A stretch of DNA of 64,000 bases from Thermoanaerobaculia bacterium (GCA_963664405.1 OY761158.1:1600001-1664000), one strand, 5' to 3'; shown: positions 48,617 through 59,108, counted from the first letter of the stretch. Notes: generated by a model not told the origin, from the letters alone. A program made the numbers and translations.

Positions 48617-49377
48617 GCGAGACGCCCGCTACCTTGCGTCGAACGCGCGAAGCTGGTCAGCGTCGTGACGAGATCCTGACCGCGGCGCGCAAGATCCTGC
48701 ACGGTGAAGGCGTTGGTGCCTTCTCCATCCAGCGCCTCTCCGACGTGTCGGAATTCTCCCGGCCCACGATCTACAAGTACTTCCCCACCAAGGAGGAGGT
48801 GCTCGTCGCGCTGGCGATCGACGTCATGCATCTGCGCTGCGCCCTGATCAAGCGGGTGGATGCCTGGGGCGCCCGGCCCCGCGAGCGCATGCTCGCAGTC
48901 GCCGAGATCAACGTTGTGCTCTTCCCCCACCTCTATGGCTCCCTGTTTCTGGTCCTCGCGAGAAACGTCCAACAGGCCGCCTCCGCAGAGGCCCAGGAGC
49001 GACTGAAAGCGCTCGTAGCAGACTTCCACCTGCTCAGGTTGGCGATCGTCGAGGAAGCGGTCGCCGATGGAGATCTGGTGCTGCCTTCAGGGTTGAGTCC
49101 AACTGAGGTCATTCACTTGTTCGCAACCACGATCACCGGCGTCCTGGGCCTGGTCGATTACGCACTGCCGATCCAGGATCTCGGCGTTGACGACGCGATC
49201 GCCTCGATGCGGCGCGTCGTCCGCACTCAGCTCGACGCCATAGCTTGGCGCCCCTTGTCGAAAGAGTGGGATTACGAGGGCAGCGTGAAGCGTATCTACG
49301 AAGAGGTGTTCCCGCCCGAGCTTGTGTGGGAAATCCGCAAGAAAGGAGAACCGGACATTCTCCAGCCGGCTCTTTGA
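48613..49377 (+). CDS. TetR/AcrR regulator
   Basis: SRPTIYKYFPTKEEV; paralog of 33023..33808. Confidence 0.9.
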   Translation: MSETPATLRRTREAGQRRDEILTAARKILHGEGVGAFSIQRLSDVSEFSRPTIYKYFPTKEEVLVALAIDVMHLRCALIKRVDAWGARPRERMLAVAEINVVLFPHLYGSLFLVLARNVQQAASAEAQERLKALVADFHLLRLAIVEEAVADGDLVLPSGLSPTEVIHLFATTITGVLGLVDYALPIQDLGVDDAIASMRRVVRTQLDAIAWRPLSKEWDYEGSVKRIYEEVFPPELVWEIRKKGEPDILQPAL

Positions 49378-49592
49378 GAATGTCCTTTGATATCAACACA
49401 TAATTTTGGATCGAATTCAGAATATTGAAGCCCCCCCCCCTCCCGGGAAGCGACGACCGGCCTGTGGATCCATTGTTTTAGCGGGTTTCTAGAGCCGAGC
49501 TCGAGAACCTTCGCCTGGAACGATTCTTGCTTGAAAATGTGATTACCGCCTTGACCTAGTGTTTAAGTCTCTCTCAATCTGGAGGATCGAAA

Positions 49593-52298
49593 GTGAACAC
49601 CGCCTGTCTCAGGACCTGTTTCAGCATTCTCGTCATAGCCGTCTGCGCACAGCTACCCCTGTGGGCGGACGGTCCGCAGACCGGAACGATCGAGGGCCGC
49701 GGTCTCGACGCCCAGAGCGGGGCTCTGCCCGGCGTCACAGTGACCCTGACCGGCCCTCAGGGAACCAAGACGGCAATCACCGACGCCGACGGGAGCTACC
49801 GCTTCAACGTGTTGCCGCCGGGCTCCTATACGGTCCATGGCGTGCTCGAGGGCCTGGGAGAGGCCACGACGTCGATGGAACTACAGGCCGGAGAGCGCCG
49901 CGAGATCGACCTCAATCTGCGCTCTGAGACCTCCGAGTCGATCACGGTGACCTCCGAGGCGCCCTTGATCAGCAAGTTCGAGACCGCGTCGACGTCGACT
50001 TTGAGCTCCGAGGTCACCGAGGAGGTGGCGTTCACCAGTCGCGCGTACGGGTCGGCGGTGCATAACCTTCCCGGGGTCACCTCTCGCAATACCAACAACG
50101 ACAGTAGCTTCATGGCCACGCCAGGGGGCCTGACCTTTGAAGTCGGCTCGTTCATCGAGGGCGTCGACATCAGCCAGACCCGGCGCGGCGGTGAGTTCCG
50201 TTTCAACCTGCCGACCACCGCCACCGCCGCGATCAGCGTGCAGGTCGCAGGAGTCGGCGCCGAGTACGGCCGCTCCACCAGTGGGGTCGTCAATACGGTG
50301 ATCAAGTCGGGCACCAACAACTTTCACGGCGAGGCTCTCTACGTCGGGCAGAACCACACATGGCGCGCTCCCTCCGAAGTCGCTCCGGACCTTCCTCGCC
50401 CAGACGACCAGATCAACTCTTGGGAGGCCTCGCTCGGAGGCCCCATCTGGCGCGACAAGGCGTGGTTCTTCGTCACCACCGGCGAGAGCTTCGACGGCTA
50501 TCTCAATCAGACCAACACAGGTTTTATCTACGAGACGGCTCAGAGGGGCGAGGCGGTCGTCGCCAAGTTCAACGTCCAGGCTGGAGACCGACATCAGTTC
50601 TCGCTCACCGGCCTCACGGCACCGCAGGACTCCGAGGGCGGGTCGGGTAACCCGGGGGATGTTTACGCCCTCCAACAGACAGAGATCGACAGCAAGCTCT
50701 ATAACGCGGCCTGGAACTTCAGCGCCACCAACAGCCTCTTCCTCGAGGTGAAGGTCGCGGACAGCACGGACAAGCTGTCGCGCGTGGCTATAGTGTTCCG
50801 CGTGATCGACCCCGGCGCTCCGCCGGATAGCCCGCTCGCCAACAACTTTCGTTATCAGGACCGTAACGACAACCGTCGATACAACGGTAACTCGGCGGCC
50901 AACGGCAACGGTTTCAACGACTTTCCCCGCGAGCAGATCAACTTCGCGGCGTCCCTCTTCAAGGGTAACCACGAGTGGCGGTTCGGGGTCGATGAGCACA
51001 CCATGTTTTACAACGCGAGAGCCGACCTCATCACCGACTACCGCGGGCGCGGCTACGACGTGAATTCGCCGAGTGGCTTTGTGACACCCATCGACAAGCG
51101 GGTCTACGAGTCGCCGGGGGGAGACGGCATCAACCGATACGAGAGCCCGATGCGGGCGATCCACGTCCAGGACCGCATCAGCATCGGAGATCGCTGGGTG
51201 GTGACCGCCGGGGTCCGCCTCGACGATCAGGAAGTCACCAACAACATCGGTGAGACGGTCAACGAGTACGAGGAGGCCGCGCCGCGCTTCTCGGCGGTTT
51301 ACGACGTCAACGCCGACGGCACGGTTCTCGTCCGGGGGACCGCCGGGCGCACCTATCGGACCTTCCCGCTCGACCTCGCCTTCCGTCACTTCACCCGCGG
51401 CTCCAACGGCTTGAATACCTTCGACGAGTTTGGATGGAACCCGGCGACCGAGGTCTACGACGTCTTCCTCCGGAGTTTCTCGGCGGCGAGCGACAACGAA
51501 ATTCAGGCACTCAATACCTGGTTCAAAGACGAGATCTCGCTCGGCGTGGACTGGCAGTTCTCCCCCAACTGGGTGTTCACCTCGCGGCTGTTGTGGAACG
51601 AGCAGGAAGACCTCTACCAGGCCAACGACCAGTATGACGCCAACGGCCAGGTCTTCAAACAGATCGTCAACCGGCCCGAGCTATACCGAGAGTACCAGGG
51701 GCTTTTACTGGCGGCCAACCGTGCTTTCCGCGGGGGTTGGTCGCTGCGCACCGACTTGACGGTCGGCAACTTCGAGGGCAACGAAGATGATCTCAACGCC
51801 CAGGGCAACGAGTTCGAGGGCCTCGGCGGAGTCCAGGTCGGGACCGGTGTCCTCAACCCCACCTCGCTTAATCTCAACGGCCGGCTGATCACCGATCGCG
51901 AGTACGTAGCCCACGTCATCGGGGTCAAGCGCTGGGATATCGGCAGCCAGAGTGTGGTCGCGAGTGCCATCGTCAATGCTCAGGCGGGCGCGTCGTGGGG
52001 ACTGCGGCCGAGCACGGCCGTGGTGCATCCCGATTCGGGCGTTCGGATCAACACGTGGGCCTACGCGGAGCCCCGCGATGCGCAGCAGCTCCCCGACACA
52101 ATCACGCTGGGAGTCGCCGCTGGTTGGGAGTTTCCGATTCGCGGTGCCTTCGCGGGGAAAGTCGGCTTCGAGGTGGCGAACGTGACCAACGAGCAGGATC
52201 AGACGTCCGTGAGACTCGCCAACGGAAGGGCGTCCGGGAGTGCCGGCGGCTACCTCACGCCGCGTGAGTTCCGCCTGAAGCTCGGGATCACCTTCTGA
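49593..52298 (+). CDS. TonB-dependent receptor, paralog of 34033..36807
   Basis: QLPLWADGPQTG, SQTRRGGEF, KSGTNNFHG, C-terminal GITF. Confidence 0.9.
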   Translation: MNTACLRTCFSILVIAVCAQLPLWADGPQTGTIEGRGLDAQSGALPGVTVTLTGPQGTKTAITDADGSYRFNVLPPGSYTVHGVLEGLGEATTSMELQAGERREIDLNLRSETSESITVTSEAPLISKFETASTSTLSSEVTEEVAFTSRAYGSAVHNLPGVTSRNTNNDSSFMATPGGLTFEVGSFIEGVDISQTRRGGEFRFNLPTTATAAISVQVAGVGAEYGRSTSGVVNTVIKSGTNNFHGEALYVGQNHTWRAPSEVAPDLPRPDDQINSWEASLGGPIWRDKAWFFVTTGESFDGYLNQTNTGFIYETAQRGEAVVAKFNVQAGDRHQFSLTGLTAPQDSEGGSGNPGDVYALQQTEIDSKLYNAAWNFSATNSLFLEVKVADSTDKLSRVAIVFRVIDPGAPPDSPLANNFRYQDRNDNRRYNGNSAANGNGFNDFPREQINFAASLFKGNHEWRFGVDEHTMFYNARADLITDYRGRGYDVNSPSGFVTPIDKRVYESPGGDGINRYESPMRAIHVQDRISIGDRWVVTAGVRLDDQEVTNNIGETVNEYEEAAPRFSAVYDVNADGTVLVRGTAGRTYRTFPLDLAFRHFTRGSNGLNTFDEFGWNPATEVYDVFLRSFSAASDNEIQALNTWFKDEISLGVDWQFSPNWVFTSRLLWNEQEDLYQANDQYDANGQVFKQIVNRPELYREYQGLLLAANRAFRGGWSLRTDLTVGNFEGNEDDLNAQGNEFEGLGGVQVGTGVLNPTSLNLNGRLITDREYVAHVIGVKRWDIGSQSVVASAIVNAQAGASWGLRPSTAVVHPDSGVRINTWAYAEPRDAQQLPDTITLGVAAGWEFPIRGAFAGKVGFEVANVTNEQDQTSVRLANGRASGSAGGYLTPREFRLKLGITF

Positions 52299-52517
52299 CG
52301 CGGCGGCATGCCGGCGACAGCGGCGGAGAAAGCCACACCCCGGCGCCATGCTCGAGCAGGGTCGCCACGACGCCCCCTAGAATCCCGACTTCGGGCTGGG
52401 ATCGTCCCGTCTCTCGAACGAGTATCTGATCCTGGTGAAGCCGAAGTGGTGTCTGCCGCAGCTCGTTCAAAGTGGCGGTCTGAGTCGAGTGAAATTCGTC
52501 GTTCGCGGTTGCTCCTC

Positions 52518-53036
52518 ATGATCGGCATCGTCCTTCTTCTGATTCACTCATCGGGATGTTCCGAGCCATCCGGCTCGCCTCCCGGTACGATCCTCACCCT
52601 AGCCGGGAGCTCCGACCTGTTGGGTGACGGCCGGCCGGCCACAGAGGCACGGTTGGTAGCACCCAATGGCGTTTTCGCGGCAGCCGACGACACCGTCTAC
52701 TTCACCGATGGCGTGCAGTCTGCCATCCGCAAGATCACCCCGGACGGGCGCATCGAGACCCTGGCCGGAACGGGTTTGCCCGGCTACACAGGGGATGGCG
52801 GACCTGCCCTAGAGGCGCGCCTCGACTACCCCAACGGTCTGCTCATGGACCCCGCCGGCAACCTCTACTTCGCCGACGAGTTCGCCCATGTCGTCAGGAT
52901 GATCGATCACCAAGGAAAGATCACAACGGTGGCGGGTATAGGCACACCGGGATACAGCGGAGACGGCGGTCACGCCCTCCATGCACAGCTGAGCTTCCCC
53001 CGAAGGCTGGCGTTGGCTGCCGATGGAGCCCTCTGA
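52518..53036 (+). pseudogene. Truncated NHL-repeat lipoprotein
   Basis: AGTG.PGY.GDGGPA..A.L..P repeats; stops mid-repeat at a family C end. Confidence 0.75.
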
Positions 53037-53049
53037 TACAGGACACTAG
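53033..53049. mobile_element. Solitary right end of family C element
   Basis: CTGATACAGGACACTAG identical to 20670..20686. Confidence 0.75.
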
Positions 53050-54152
53050 CGGTTCGCTTCAAACCACTCCTGCTCCGCCAACCGCGCCCCGCGCAGCATG
53101 TTGCCCATCGAGTAGTTGCCCTCGTGGCAGGCGTACTCGTAGAGCTTGCTGTCGGTCCGCGGCCAGGGGAGTGAGCCGCTGTAGGGCGCGGTGTAGTCGG
53201 GATCTTCGACGGTGAACTCGTAGAAGAGGCCGTCGTCGGTGGCAGTGAAGCGCTCCACGACGTGCAGGCCCTCGTGGGGCGTCCCCGGTTCGCGCAGGGA
53301 GCTCTGATCACGCCGCGCGCGACCGCGGTCACTCGCCACCGGAGCCTCGCCCTGGCGGCGGAAGTTGGTGGTGTCGACCATCAGAGTGTCGCCCTCCCAC
53401 CAGCCGATCGAGTCTCCGCTGAAGGAGTGAATCTCCGCCGGCAGATGCTCGGGGGTACGCCCCTCAGCGCCGAGACGAATGATGCGAGGCCAGTGGAACC
53501 ACTCGACGAGGATCACCACGTGCGTATCGGTCTGGGTGATGGTCTTGACGTTGTTGTAGCCGCCGGTCTGGCGCACCGGCACCGTCGCCGCGGTGTTGTA
53601 GATGCAGCGCATACCCAGGTTCTGAACCTCGGGATGATCGTAGAGATCCTCACCGGTCTCCAGCCACCAGGCCCCCCCGGGGTTGTGGTTGTAGCGCCGC
53701 TGCACTCCCTGGCGCCACTGCTTGCCCGTTTCGGTGAGCGGCGGAAGCCGGCCATCGGAAGGGTCGGTGAGGATCGAGGTGCGGAACTCTCCGTCGACGG
53801 CAAAGGTCGTGGTGACCCTGTCGAACCAAATGAACTGGTTGTAGCCGCCCACGTTGCCACGCACTCCGGTACCCCCGGCCGGCGGAAGCTCGCGGTTCGA
53901 ATTGATCGTCACATCTGCCGGTAGGACCCTCCTGGCGGCAGCCTCCTCGACCTCCTTCGCCTCCTCGGAGCTCATATACATCCTGGTGCCGTGCTTGGCA
54001 TCGCGCTGGAAGGGAGTAAGAAAGCGGAGCTCGTAGTTGCCCGACAGGTCCGGCTTGCCGCTCGGCGTCCTCGGGATGTCTCTTGGGGCAGCGAAGGCCG
54101 CAGCATCCACCAAAGCGACGGCGACGACGAAGAGGATGGCTCTCGATCTCAT
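53046..54152 (-). CDS. ACHEGN protein, copy 4
   Basis: GKPDLSG, LGMRC, EWFHW, YEYACHEGNY. Confidence 0.85.
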   Translation of the reverse strand: MRSRAILFVVAVALVDAAAFAAPRDIPRTPSGKPDLSGNYELRFLTPFQRDAKHGTRMYMSSEEAKEVEEAAARRVLPADVTINSNRELPPAGGTGVRGNVGGYNQFIWFDRVTTTFAVDGEFRTSILTDPSDGRLPPLTETGKQWRQGVQRRYNHNPGGAWWLETGEDLYDHPEVQNLGMRCIYNTAATVPVRQTGGYNNVKTITQTDTHVVILVEWFHWPRIIRLGAEGRTPEHLPAEIHSFSGDSIGWWEGDTLMVDTTNFRRQGEAPVASDRGRARRDQSSLREPGTPHEGLHVVERFTATDDGLFYEFTVEDPDYTAPYSGSLPWPRTDSKLYEYACHEGNYSMGNMLRGARLAEQEWFEANR

Positions 54153-54302
54153 AGTTGGCTCCTCGGCAACCTGCTCGGAAGGCGCGATGCTCGGCGGGAA
54201 TGTCTGCTCCTCCTACTCTACATCGTGCGATCGAGCTCCCGCGCGCGCTCGACTCCCTCTCTCGAGGCTCGGAACCGGCTCGGCTGTTAGGCTCGTGCAA
54301 CG

Positions 54303-57140
54303 ATGCCGAAGAGACTGGCTGCCACTCATGCTCTAAATGCCATCACGGGGGCGATCTTGTTGGCCTTGGTGTCGACCGGGGCCGAGGCACAAGAGCCCTC
54401 TTCTCTGGGCGCCGACGGGGTCATCTCCCTTCTTATCCGTTTCGGTGTCGATGACACGTCGCCACGCGATTGGGATGGCTCGCTCGCCGTCTCCGGGGGC
54501 GACCTGGTGGGCCTGCGCGACTGGCGTCCGCGCCCGGATCATCAAGTCCGGGGAAGCACCTGGAAGCTCGCGAGCTACCAGGGAGAGAACTGGCGCTACC
54601 GGGTCTGGGAACGGCCGCCGCCGGCCGGCCCCAGCAAGTACTTTCGCTCACCTGGGGTCATCGTCGATGTGAGAGGCCAGGCGCGGACGCGGCTGCGCAT
54701 CGAAACGCTCAACGGCGACTTCGACTTTCGCCTTCGCGACATTCCGGCGGGGCGCTCCAATAGCTTCCTTGGCGGCGCAATCACGGTCGAGCGCACCGCG
54801 GCAGCCGAGCTCCTCACCTCCCGCGACTACGAGAACGACTACGCCACCGTTCTCGGCAGCAGCGAAGGAGAAGTATGGTCCGCGTGGATCGGTTATCTCG
54901 ACAACGCCACCGAGATTCTCGCCCGCCGCTTCGATGGCGAGCGCTGGGGTGAGGTCCAGAAGATCTCCCGGGAACCGGGGGACTACTTTCTGGTCAAGAT
55001 GGGCCGCGACGGCAAGGGCCGCCCGTGGGCGGTTTGGTCGGCGAAGGTCGACGGCAACTGGGACCTCTATGCCAGCCATCTGGCGGGCAGCTCCTGGTCC
55101 GCAGCCGAGCGTCTGACGAGGGGTCCCCAGTCCGACATCTTCCACAACCTGGTGAGCGATGCCAACGGGAACCTGTGGCTTGTGTGGCAGGGCTTCCGTA
55201 ACGGCACCTCCGACGTCTTTGTGCGTCGTTACGACGGCGCGAGCTGGTCGAAGGAGGAGAAGGTCTCGTCGTCGCCCGCGAACGACTGGGAGCCAGTAGT
55301 CGCCGCCGACTCTAAGGGCGCCGTTTATGTGGGTTGGGACAGCTACGGGGCGGGAAACTACGACGTTCTGATGCGCAGATGGGCCGACGGCAGGTGGAGT
55401 GACGAAATGACGGTCGCCGCTACTCCCAAGTTCGAGGCCCACCTCAGCCTGGCCGTCGACAATCACGACCGCGTATGGGCGGCGTGGAACGAGAGCGGGG
55501 TCAACTGGGGCAAGGACACCGGCTGGTCGGTCCACCACCAGGGGACACGGCTCTACGAGTGGCGCACCCTCGGCGTCGGCGTCTGGGATGGGTCGAGCTG
55601 GATGACTCCGGCACGTGACGTCAACACAGCCCTACCCGCGGACCTCCAGGGATACAACGACTTCCCGATGCTCTTCCCGGATGCAGACGGGCGAGTGTGG
55701 CTCTACTTCCGCCACCGCTTCATGCGTGTTATCGATGTGCCGAGCGATACCTCCGGCGGTACGCGTGCCGCCTGGGAGATCTGGGGAACGACGCTCGAAG
55801 GCGAGCGCTGGACGCAGCCTGTGAGCGTTCCGATGACCGGCTTTCGCCAGGATGGGCGCTGGGGGCTCGGTGCCGACGGCAGAGGGAACATCTGGGCCAG
55901 CTGGCCCATGGACAACCGCGACTACGAGAACTTCCTCCTCGAGCACCACGACGTCTACGCCGCCAAGCTGCCGAGGATCGAGGGCCCATTTATTCGGCCC
56001 ACCCTCGTCACCCGCGCCGATGAAGAGATTCCTTTCTTCGCCATTCATCTCGAGGAAGAGAAGAACCTGGCCGCGATGCGGGGCTACGAGATCGAGTCCG
56101 AGGGCAAAACCTACCGCATCTATCGTGGCGACACCCATCGCCACAGCGAGTTCTCCTGGGACGGCAACAACGACGGATCGCTGCTCCAGACCTACCGCTA
56201 CGCCATCGACGCGGCGCAGCTGGAGTTTCTGCTGGCGAGCGAGCACAACAGCGCTCCTGGGCCCGATATCGAATACATCAACTGGCTGCTCCAGCAGACT
56301 GCCGACGCGCTTTCGATCTCCGAGCGGTTCCAGTCGTTTTACGGTTACGAGCGCAGCCTCGGCTATCCCGACGGGCACCGCAATATCCTGTTTGCTGTGC
56401 GTGGCAATCCGACGCTACCGATCACCGAGGCACAGCGGACCCACAAAGAGGGTGCGGCAAGTCTCTACGAATACCTGAAGAAGTACGACGGCATCGCCAT
56501 CTCCCACAGCTCGGGGTCTGCGTTCATGGGAACCGACTGGCGTGACAACGATCCGGAGGTCGAGCCGCTGGTCGAGATCTACCAGGGTGACCGCGTCTCC
56601 TACGAATACGAGGGTGCGCCGCGCACAGCCTACCGCGAGAACCTGCGCTCGGCGCCAGGCGGTTATCAGGCGGAGGGCTATGTTTGGAACGCCTGGGCCA
56701 AGGGCTACAAGCTCGGTGTTCAGGCCGCGTCGGACCACCTCTCGACCCATATCTCTTACGCCTGCACGATTGCGGAGGAGCTCACCCGCGAGGGTCTTCT
56801 CGAGGCGATGAAGAAGCGTCACAGCTACGGCGCGACCGACAATATCGTCCTCGACTACCGCTTGCAGGCGGACGGCAAGGAGTATCTGCAAGGTGACATC
56901 GTCACTGTCTCCGGCGACTTTCGGCTGTCGGTCCGAGTCATCGGCACCACTCCTATCCGGCAGATCGATGTGATCCGCGATCAGAGCTTCGTGCACAATC
57001 GGCAGAACCTCGGCCAGGACGTGAGCTTCAGCTTCGTCGACAACGAGGTCGGGCCTGGGGAGCACTACTACTACGTGAGGGTGCTTCAAAACGACGGCAA
57101 CCTCGCCTGGTCATCTCCCATCTGGGTGACGAAACGCTAG
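54303..57140 (+). CDS. Large secreted protein: Trp-rich propeller-like region plus DUF3604/PHP-like C-terminus
   Basis: RGDTHRHSE, SEH, GHRN, SH, SDH, YYYVRV...AWSSPIWV. Confidence 0.7.
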   Translation: MPKRLAATHALNAITGAILLALVSTGAEAQEPSSLGADGVISLLIRFGVDDTSPRDWDGSLAVSGGDLVGLRDWRPRPDHQVRGSTWKLASYQGENWRYRVWERPPPAGPSKYFRSPGVIVDVRGQARTRLRIETLNGDFDFRLRDIPAGRSNSFLGGAITVERTAAAELLTSRDYENDYATVLGSSEGEVWSAWIGYLDNATEILARRFDGERWGEVQKISREPGDYFLVKMGRDGKGRPWAVWSAKVDGNWDLYASHLAGSSWSAAERLTRGPQSDIFHNLVSDANGNLWLVWQGFRNGTSDVFVRRYDGASWSKEEKVSSSPANDWEPVVAADSKGAVYVGWDSYGAGNYDVLMRRWADGRWSDEMTVAATPKFEAHLSLAVDNHDRVWAAWNESGVNWGKDTGWSVHHQGTRLYEWRTLGVGVWDGSSWMTPARDVNTALPADLQGYNDFPMLFPDADGRVWLYFRHRFMRVIDVPSDTSGGTRAAWEIWGTTLEGERWTQPVSVPMTGFRQDGRWGLGADGRGNIWASWPMDNRDYENFLLEHHDVYAAKLPRIEGPFIRPTLVTRADEEIPFFAIHLEEEKNLAAMRGYEIESEGKTYRIYRGDTHRHSEFSWDGNNDGSLLQTYRYAIDAAQLEFLLASEHNSAPGPDIEYINWLLQQTADALSISERFQSFYGYERSLGYPDGHRNILFAVRGNPTLPITEAQRTHKEGAASLYEYLKKYDGIAISHSSGSAFMGTDWRDNDPEVEPLVEIYQGDRVSYEYEGAPRTAYRENLRSAPGGYQAEGYVWNAWAKGYKLGVQAASDHLSTHISYACTIAEELTREGLLEAMKKRHSYGATDNIVLDYRLQADGKEYLQGDIVTVSGDFRLSVRVIGTTPIRQIDVIRDQSFVHNRQNLGQDVSFSFVDNEVGPGEHYYYVRVLQNDGNLAWSSPIWVTKR

Positions 57141-57179
57141 CCCCATGCCGACTCCGATCTTGCGATCGCGATCCGGTCG

Positions 57180-58277
57180 TCAATCGCGGCTCGATCCGGC
57201 CTTCCCCAGCACATCCGCTTCGAGCACCCGGGCGCCCCGTAAAATGCCTCCCATCGAGTAGTTGCCCTCGTGACAGGCGTACTCGTAAACCCGCTCCGTG
57301 GTAGAGCGCAAAACGTACTCGCCGGTCCACGGCGCGGTCCAAGACGTCTGGTCTTCGACCGTGAAGCGGTAGAGCACATCGCCGTCCTCGAGCTTGGTGA
57401 AGCGCTCGACGACGAGCATGTTCTCTGAGCCTCCTCGCAGGACGGCGTCGGGATGGAAGCCGACGCTGTCGACCACCAGCGTGTCGCCGTCCCACCAGCC
57501 GATCGAATCGCCGGTCCACTTCTTGATGTCGGCCACCGGTAGATGCTCGGAATTCATCCGCACGATACGAGCGTCGTGGACCATCTCGATCAGGATCATC
57601 ACCGCTTCGTCGGTCTGCACGATGGTCTTGTAATTGTTGTAGCCGCTCGGCAGCGTCGGAGTCGCCCCGGTGAACCCGACGATGCAACGATCTTGCGCGC
57701 GAAGCGACTCCGGACCGTCGAAGGGGCCGGCCTCGTCGCTATCGAGCCACCATGCACTGCCGTCGTTGCCACCGCGCTGGCGCTCGATATTGGCTTCGTA
57801 CGCCGCCGCACGCTTGGCCGCGACCTCGGTCATCGGAGGGAAGCGACCGTTCGGCGGATCGACCAGGATCGAAGTGCGGAACTTTCCGTCCACCGCGAAG
57901 GCCTCACTTCCCGGGTCGAGCCAGAAACGGTTGTAGCCGCCCACGTTGCCGGCACCACCGCCCGATCCATCGCCACCCTCGGGCGGTGGCTCACGATTCG
58001 GGTCGCTGCTCCGAGAACTCTCTTCGACCCGCGCCGCCACCTGGGCTTCGATCTCGCCTGCCTCCTGTCGGGAGAGATAGAGCTTGTCGCCGTATCTCTC
58101 CGGACGTTGGAGCGGCGTCACCGTGGCGGCGTTGTAGTTACCCGACAAGTCGGGTCGGCCGCCAGCGGTGCGCGGAACTCCGTCGCCCTCAGCCGCGAAG
58201 CCGGGGTCGGCCGAAATGAGCAGAACGAGGACCGATAGGAGTGCCGCGAATCTCATCATGCATCGTCTCCCGATCAT
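57180..58277 (-). CDS. ACHEGN protein, copy 5
   Basis: GRPDLSG, QDRC, EMVHD, YEYACHEGNY. Confidence 0.85.
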   Translation of the reverse strand: MIGRRCMMRFAALLSVLVLLISADPGFAAEGDGVPRTAGGRPDLSGNYNAATVTPLQRPERYGDKLYLSRQEAGEIEAQVAARVEESSRSSDPNREPPPEGGDGSGGGAGNVGGYNRFWLDPGSEAFAVDGKFRTSILVDPPNGRFPPMTEVAAKRAAAYEANIERQRGGNDGSAWWLDSDEAGPFDGPESLRAQDRCIVGFTGATPTLPSGYNNYKTIVQTDEAVMILIEMVHDARIVRMNSEHLPVADIKKWTGDSIGWWDGDTLVVDSVGFHPDAVLRGGSENMLVVERFTKLEDGDVLYRFTVEDQTSWTAPWTGEYVLRSTTERVYEYACHEGNYSMGGILRGARVLEADVLGKAGSSRD

Positions 58278-59038
58278 TTCTGCAGGCTAGAGTCCAACAG
58301 CGGACGATAGAAGTCAACCATCTTGTCCGCCAGCTCCGGGTCCTGCGCGAACAGCGGGTAGCCGTGGGCATCGCCGTCGTAGAGAAAGAGCTGAGTGCGG
58401 CTCTTGCCCCCGCGGTAGGCGATCGTGCCCGCCGGGCCCGCGGCCCCCGTGTCGCCTTTGGCGGCGATCAAGAGCAGGTCCCGATCGCTCATCCGCAGGA
58501 GATCTCGCACATGCTCGGATCTCAGCCCGCTCGAGAAGAAACCCATGCGCGCCAGCTCCGAATGGGCCTTGCCGAGCCCAACCACCTGCCCTCCGCCGCA
58601 AGAGGCGCCGAGGGCGCCTGCAACGACTCCCTTTCCCTGTTGCGCCAGGTAGGTGTACGCCGCTTCGGCGTCGTAGGGAAAGCCCGCCATAGCCCGCTGC
58701 CGGTCTTCACTCCCCGCAGTGGCAACGTCGAGGCCGTTCCCCTTGCTGTCGCCGAAGCCACGGAAGTCGATTGAAAGCACTTTGAAACCGGCAGCGGCGA
58801 GCTTGCCCCCCAGCTCCTCGTACATCGCCCGGCTGCTGTTGCACTGGTGCAGCAGCAGAATGCCGGGAGCATCGCCGTTTCCCCACAGGGTGCCGGTCAG
58901 CGAGTGACCGTCTGCGGCAGGAAACTTGACCGTCTTCGACTTCGCGGCCAGCAGCCCCGGCACCACGAGAGCCAGGACCATAGCGAGGCTGATCGCTCGA
59001 AGATACCGGTGTTCGAGAGCTCTTGCAGACATCGGCAA
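58274..59038 (-). CDS. Secreted alpha/beta hydrolase (dienelactone hydrolase-like)
   Basis: DFRGFG, GASCGG nucleophile elbow, AHG. Confidence 0.82.
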   Translation of the reverse strand: MPMSARALEHRYLRAISLAMVLALVVPGLLAAKSKTVKFPAADGHSLTGTLWGNGDAPGILLLHQCNSSRAMYEELGGKLAAAGFKVLSIDFRGFGDSKGNGLDVATAGSEDRQRAMAGFPYDAEAAYTYLAQQGKGVVAGALGASCGGGQVVGLGKAHSELARMGFFSSGLRSEHVRDLLRMSDRDLLLIAAKGDTGAAGPAGTIAYRGGKSRTQLFLYDGDAHGYPLFAQDPELADKMVDFYRPLLDSSLQK

Positions 59039-59108
59039 CCCTCCGCCCCACTAGGGGGCTCACCAGCCGAGCCTAGCACCGGGCGCGTCGTCGCCGGCCT
59101 GCTATCTT

